A stretch of DNA of 64,000 nucleotides from Candidatus Eiseniibacteriota bacterium (GTDB lineage Bacteria; Eisenbacteria; RBG-16-71-46; CAVPCR01), in the NCBI GenBank assembly GCA_963823555.1, contig CAWGMA010000004.1, forward strand, positions 1 to 64,000. Direction: 5' to 3'. Positions 61,965 to 64,000 of the stretch are shown here, piece by piece (within the stretch, counting starts at the first letter, position 1; each line of letters starts with the position of its first letter). Made by a program: the position numbers and the translations under genes. The notes below the pieces were generated by a model. That model was not told where the DNA came from. It saw only the letters and a program-made list of their open reading frames with translations, and made no database searches.

Positions 61965-63518
61965 TCACCGGAACAGCATGAGCTTCGTCGCCTCGTGGAG
62001 CCCGCCGGCCTCGAGACGATAGTAGTAGATGCCCGACGGAATGCCACTGGCATCCCATTCCACCGCATGCTCTCCCGTCGCTTGCACCGCGCGGAAGACC
62101 TCGGCGACCTTGCGCCCGCTGACGTTGAAGATACTGATCCGGACTTCAGCCGTGGCGGGGAGATCATAGGAGACGATCTGGTGACGCTCCCAGGCCGAGG
62201 TCAGAGCGGCCAGCTTCAACCGTCCGCTGCCTTCGCCTCCGCCGACAATGCGAACGCAATCACTGGCCGTGAACGATTCCCCGCTCAACAGAGCGCCGCT
62301 CAGGGTCAGTTGCCTCTCGTCGTCGCGCTCGACGGGCCCGATGGCAGCGAGCAGAGCGGGTGCCGGGAACTTGAGCGTCAGATCCAGGATCCCGTCCGCC
62401 CCCGCGCCCGTGCAGTCGCACGACTCTCCACTCGTGGCGGCGCTCACGTCCTCGTAGTCCCAGCGTTCGGGAGCGACGCCCTCGAGCCTCAGGCTAGAGA
62501 CATCGATGGCATGCACGTCGAGCTCTGGTGTGCCCCGGAGCGCGGCTGGAACCACACCCTGCTGGCGTGGGTTGAGGGGATTCGGGCAAGTTCCCGGTTT
62601 GATGTCCAGCCCGTAGGCGATGGCGGGTGGCGCACCGGCCGCGACCACGACGACGGCCGTCGGCTCGTAGACGACGCTGAACTCGCTGCCGCCGCTGGCC
62701 GGCAGAATCTCGCTCGAGAAGGTACCCGTGATGGAGGGTGCGATGAGCACTTCGAATCGATCCCCGGGCCGCGGTGCGAATCCCTCGATGAGTGTGATGC
62801 GCAGGGTGCCGTTCAAGGTGGCCGGGGAATCGCTCCGTTCCACCCGGAGCTGATCGTAGCCGGTTCCCGGAGTCGTCCCGCCGATCTCGATCTCCAGGAC
62901 TCCGCTCTCGCGCTGCACGTAGCCACCCGGAGATACGGTGCCGATGGCGAGCGCGCCAGGCATTCCCGGTGCCAAGCCCGGACTCACCGTTCCCGAGTTT
63001 TCGAGAACGTGGTTCTCCATGGACCCGCCGTCGCCGCGCAGCATTCCGCCGGCCGCGAGCGCGAACCCGATGGGCCCGGTCGCCAGACACTCGATCCTGG
63101 TTCCGGGTTCGAGGATCAGGGTGCCCGCCGGGCCGATGGTCTGCATCCCGGACCCGGTGATGGCTCCGCGCTTCAGCGCGAGACTGGCGGGGGAGCCGGC
63201 CGTGCCGACACCGATCACGGCACGAAACGAGTCGTGGGTCATCAGCGTCACGTCACCGCTCGGGACGTGAATGATGCCAAGGCCCTGAATCAGGGCGGCA
63301 TCGCTGGCGTCTACTTGATAGGTTGCGGTCTGACCGAAGACGGCGATGTCGAAGAAGAACCGAGGGTAGCCGCGCGGAACCCAGTTGCTCGTGTCCTCCC
63401 ACCGGCCACCGTTCGGATTGCTCCACTGGAAGGTCGCCCCTTCCGCCGCAGCGTGAGCCAGGCTCCCGCCGACGATGACCGCGATCAGGAGCAGCAGGGG
63501 ATTTCGGTGGTTGTTCAT
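61965..63518 (-). CDS. Secreted protein with autotransporter-like beta-helix segment, DIKPG domain and FlgD/T9SS-like C-terminal domain
   Basis: Signal peptide, LEIEIGG..YDQL..LNGTL, LDIKPGTCPNPLN, IFNVSGRKV..SGIYYYRL. Confidence 0.8.
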   Translation of the reverse strand: MNNHRNPLLLLIAVIVGGSLAHAAAEGATFQWSNPNGGRWEDTSNWVPRGYPRFFFDIAVFGQTATYQVDASDAALIQGLGIIHVPSGDVTLMTHDSFRAVIGVGTAGSPASLALKRGAITGSGMQTIGPAGTLILEPGTRIECLATGPIGFALAAGGMLRGDGGSMENHVLENSGTVSPGLAPGMPGALAIGTVSPGGYVQRESGVLEIEIGGTTPGTGYDQLRVERSDSPATLNGTLRITLIEGFAPRPGDRFEVLIAPSITGTFSSEILPASGGSEFSVVYEPTAVVVVAAGAPPAIAYGLDIKPGTCPNPLNPRQQGVVPAALRGTPELDVHAIDVSSLRLEGVAPERWDYEDVSAATSGESCDCTGAGADGILDLTLKFPAPALLAAIGPVERDDERQLTLSGALLSGESFTASDCVRIVGGGEGSGRLKLAALTSAWERHQIVSYDLPATAEVRISIFNVSGRKVAEVFRAVQATGEHAVEWDASGIPSGIYYYRLEAGGLHEATKLMLFR

Positions 63519-63984
63519 GGCTGCACCTTCTGCGTTTGAAGGGGGGTGCATCATCCGCAGGAGGTGGGAATCCCACCCCTGCGGCTGGTGCCCCAGGTCT
63601 TCATGGGGTGTCACGCTCCACGTGTCTCGAGGTAGCAAGGACCAGGCCACGACACCTGCATGCGGGGTGCGTTCCCCCAGCGATGAGTTAGTGAGCGATG
63701 GACTCGTCGCTTTGCTCGCGCGGAAGCTCGGCGCCCACTGCCGGCGGAACCTTTCAATCTGCCTGCTCGAGTGCCATGGCCATTGCCGCGGCGTGCAGCG
63801 CGCCCTCAGGTGGGCTCTCTAGGGTTCTCTCGAAGCCGTTGCGCGAGGTCTATCCGCACCCGTATGATCCGGGGGTTCTGGCACAATGAACCGCGTGGCC
63901 GGCCGGCGATGCACCCCCGAATCTGCGGCTGCCCCGGAAGCAAGAGCCACGGCCGGCGGCCGTTTCACTTGGAGGAGGTTTCTC

Positions 63985-64000
63985 ATGTTTCAGCTGCCCG
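63985..64000 (+). CDS. Start of the next gene, truncated by the window edge (MFQLP; would fit an Fe/Mn superoxide dismutase)
   Basis: Strong RBS GGAGGAGG then ATG; only five codons visible. Confidence 0.35.

Overview
High-GC bacterial DNA; the many signal-peptide proteins ending in a FlgD-Ig/T9SS-like C-terminal domain or a 'TWGxIK' tail suggest Ca. Eisenbacteria or a related lineage (inference). The window has two parts. (1) About 1-27.8 kb is a mosaic accessory island of secreted-protein cargo genes: parallel beta-helix proteins, a galactose/glyoxal-oxidase-like protein, an LVIVD-repeat protein and TIMP/OB-like proteins. These are interleaved with two inverted 3' portions of a GpA-like terminase, two 3' halves plus a middle fragment of a small tyrosine recombinase, a RIT (recombinase-in-trio) element, a truncated IS481, a 32-bp-period ATGCCCC array present twice, and three nested copies of an IS91/ISCR-like element separated by captured gene segments. 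The most notable structures are a mirror-image pair of 'terminase > secreted cargo < integrase' elements joined through the RIT at the same integrase codon, and an ISCR-like tandem gene-capture array. (2) About 27.8-64 kb is chromosomal backbone: three ECF sigma factors (one with anti-sigma and a TPR-CHAT protease, one with a Ser/Thr kinase), tricorn protease, alkaline phosphatase, SDR, CoA-transferase, M28 and S8 peptidases, a DUF5916 outer-membrane protein, arginase, a frameshifted metH (probably consensus error) and DedA. No rRNA, tRNA or CRISPR array was seen. All calls come from reading motifs by eye; no database searches were run.
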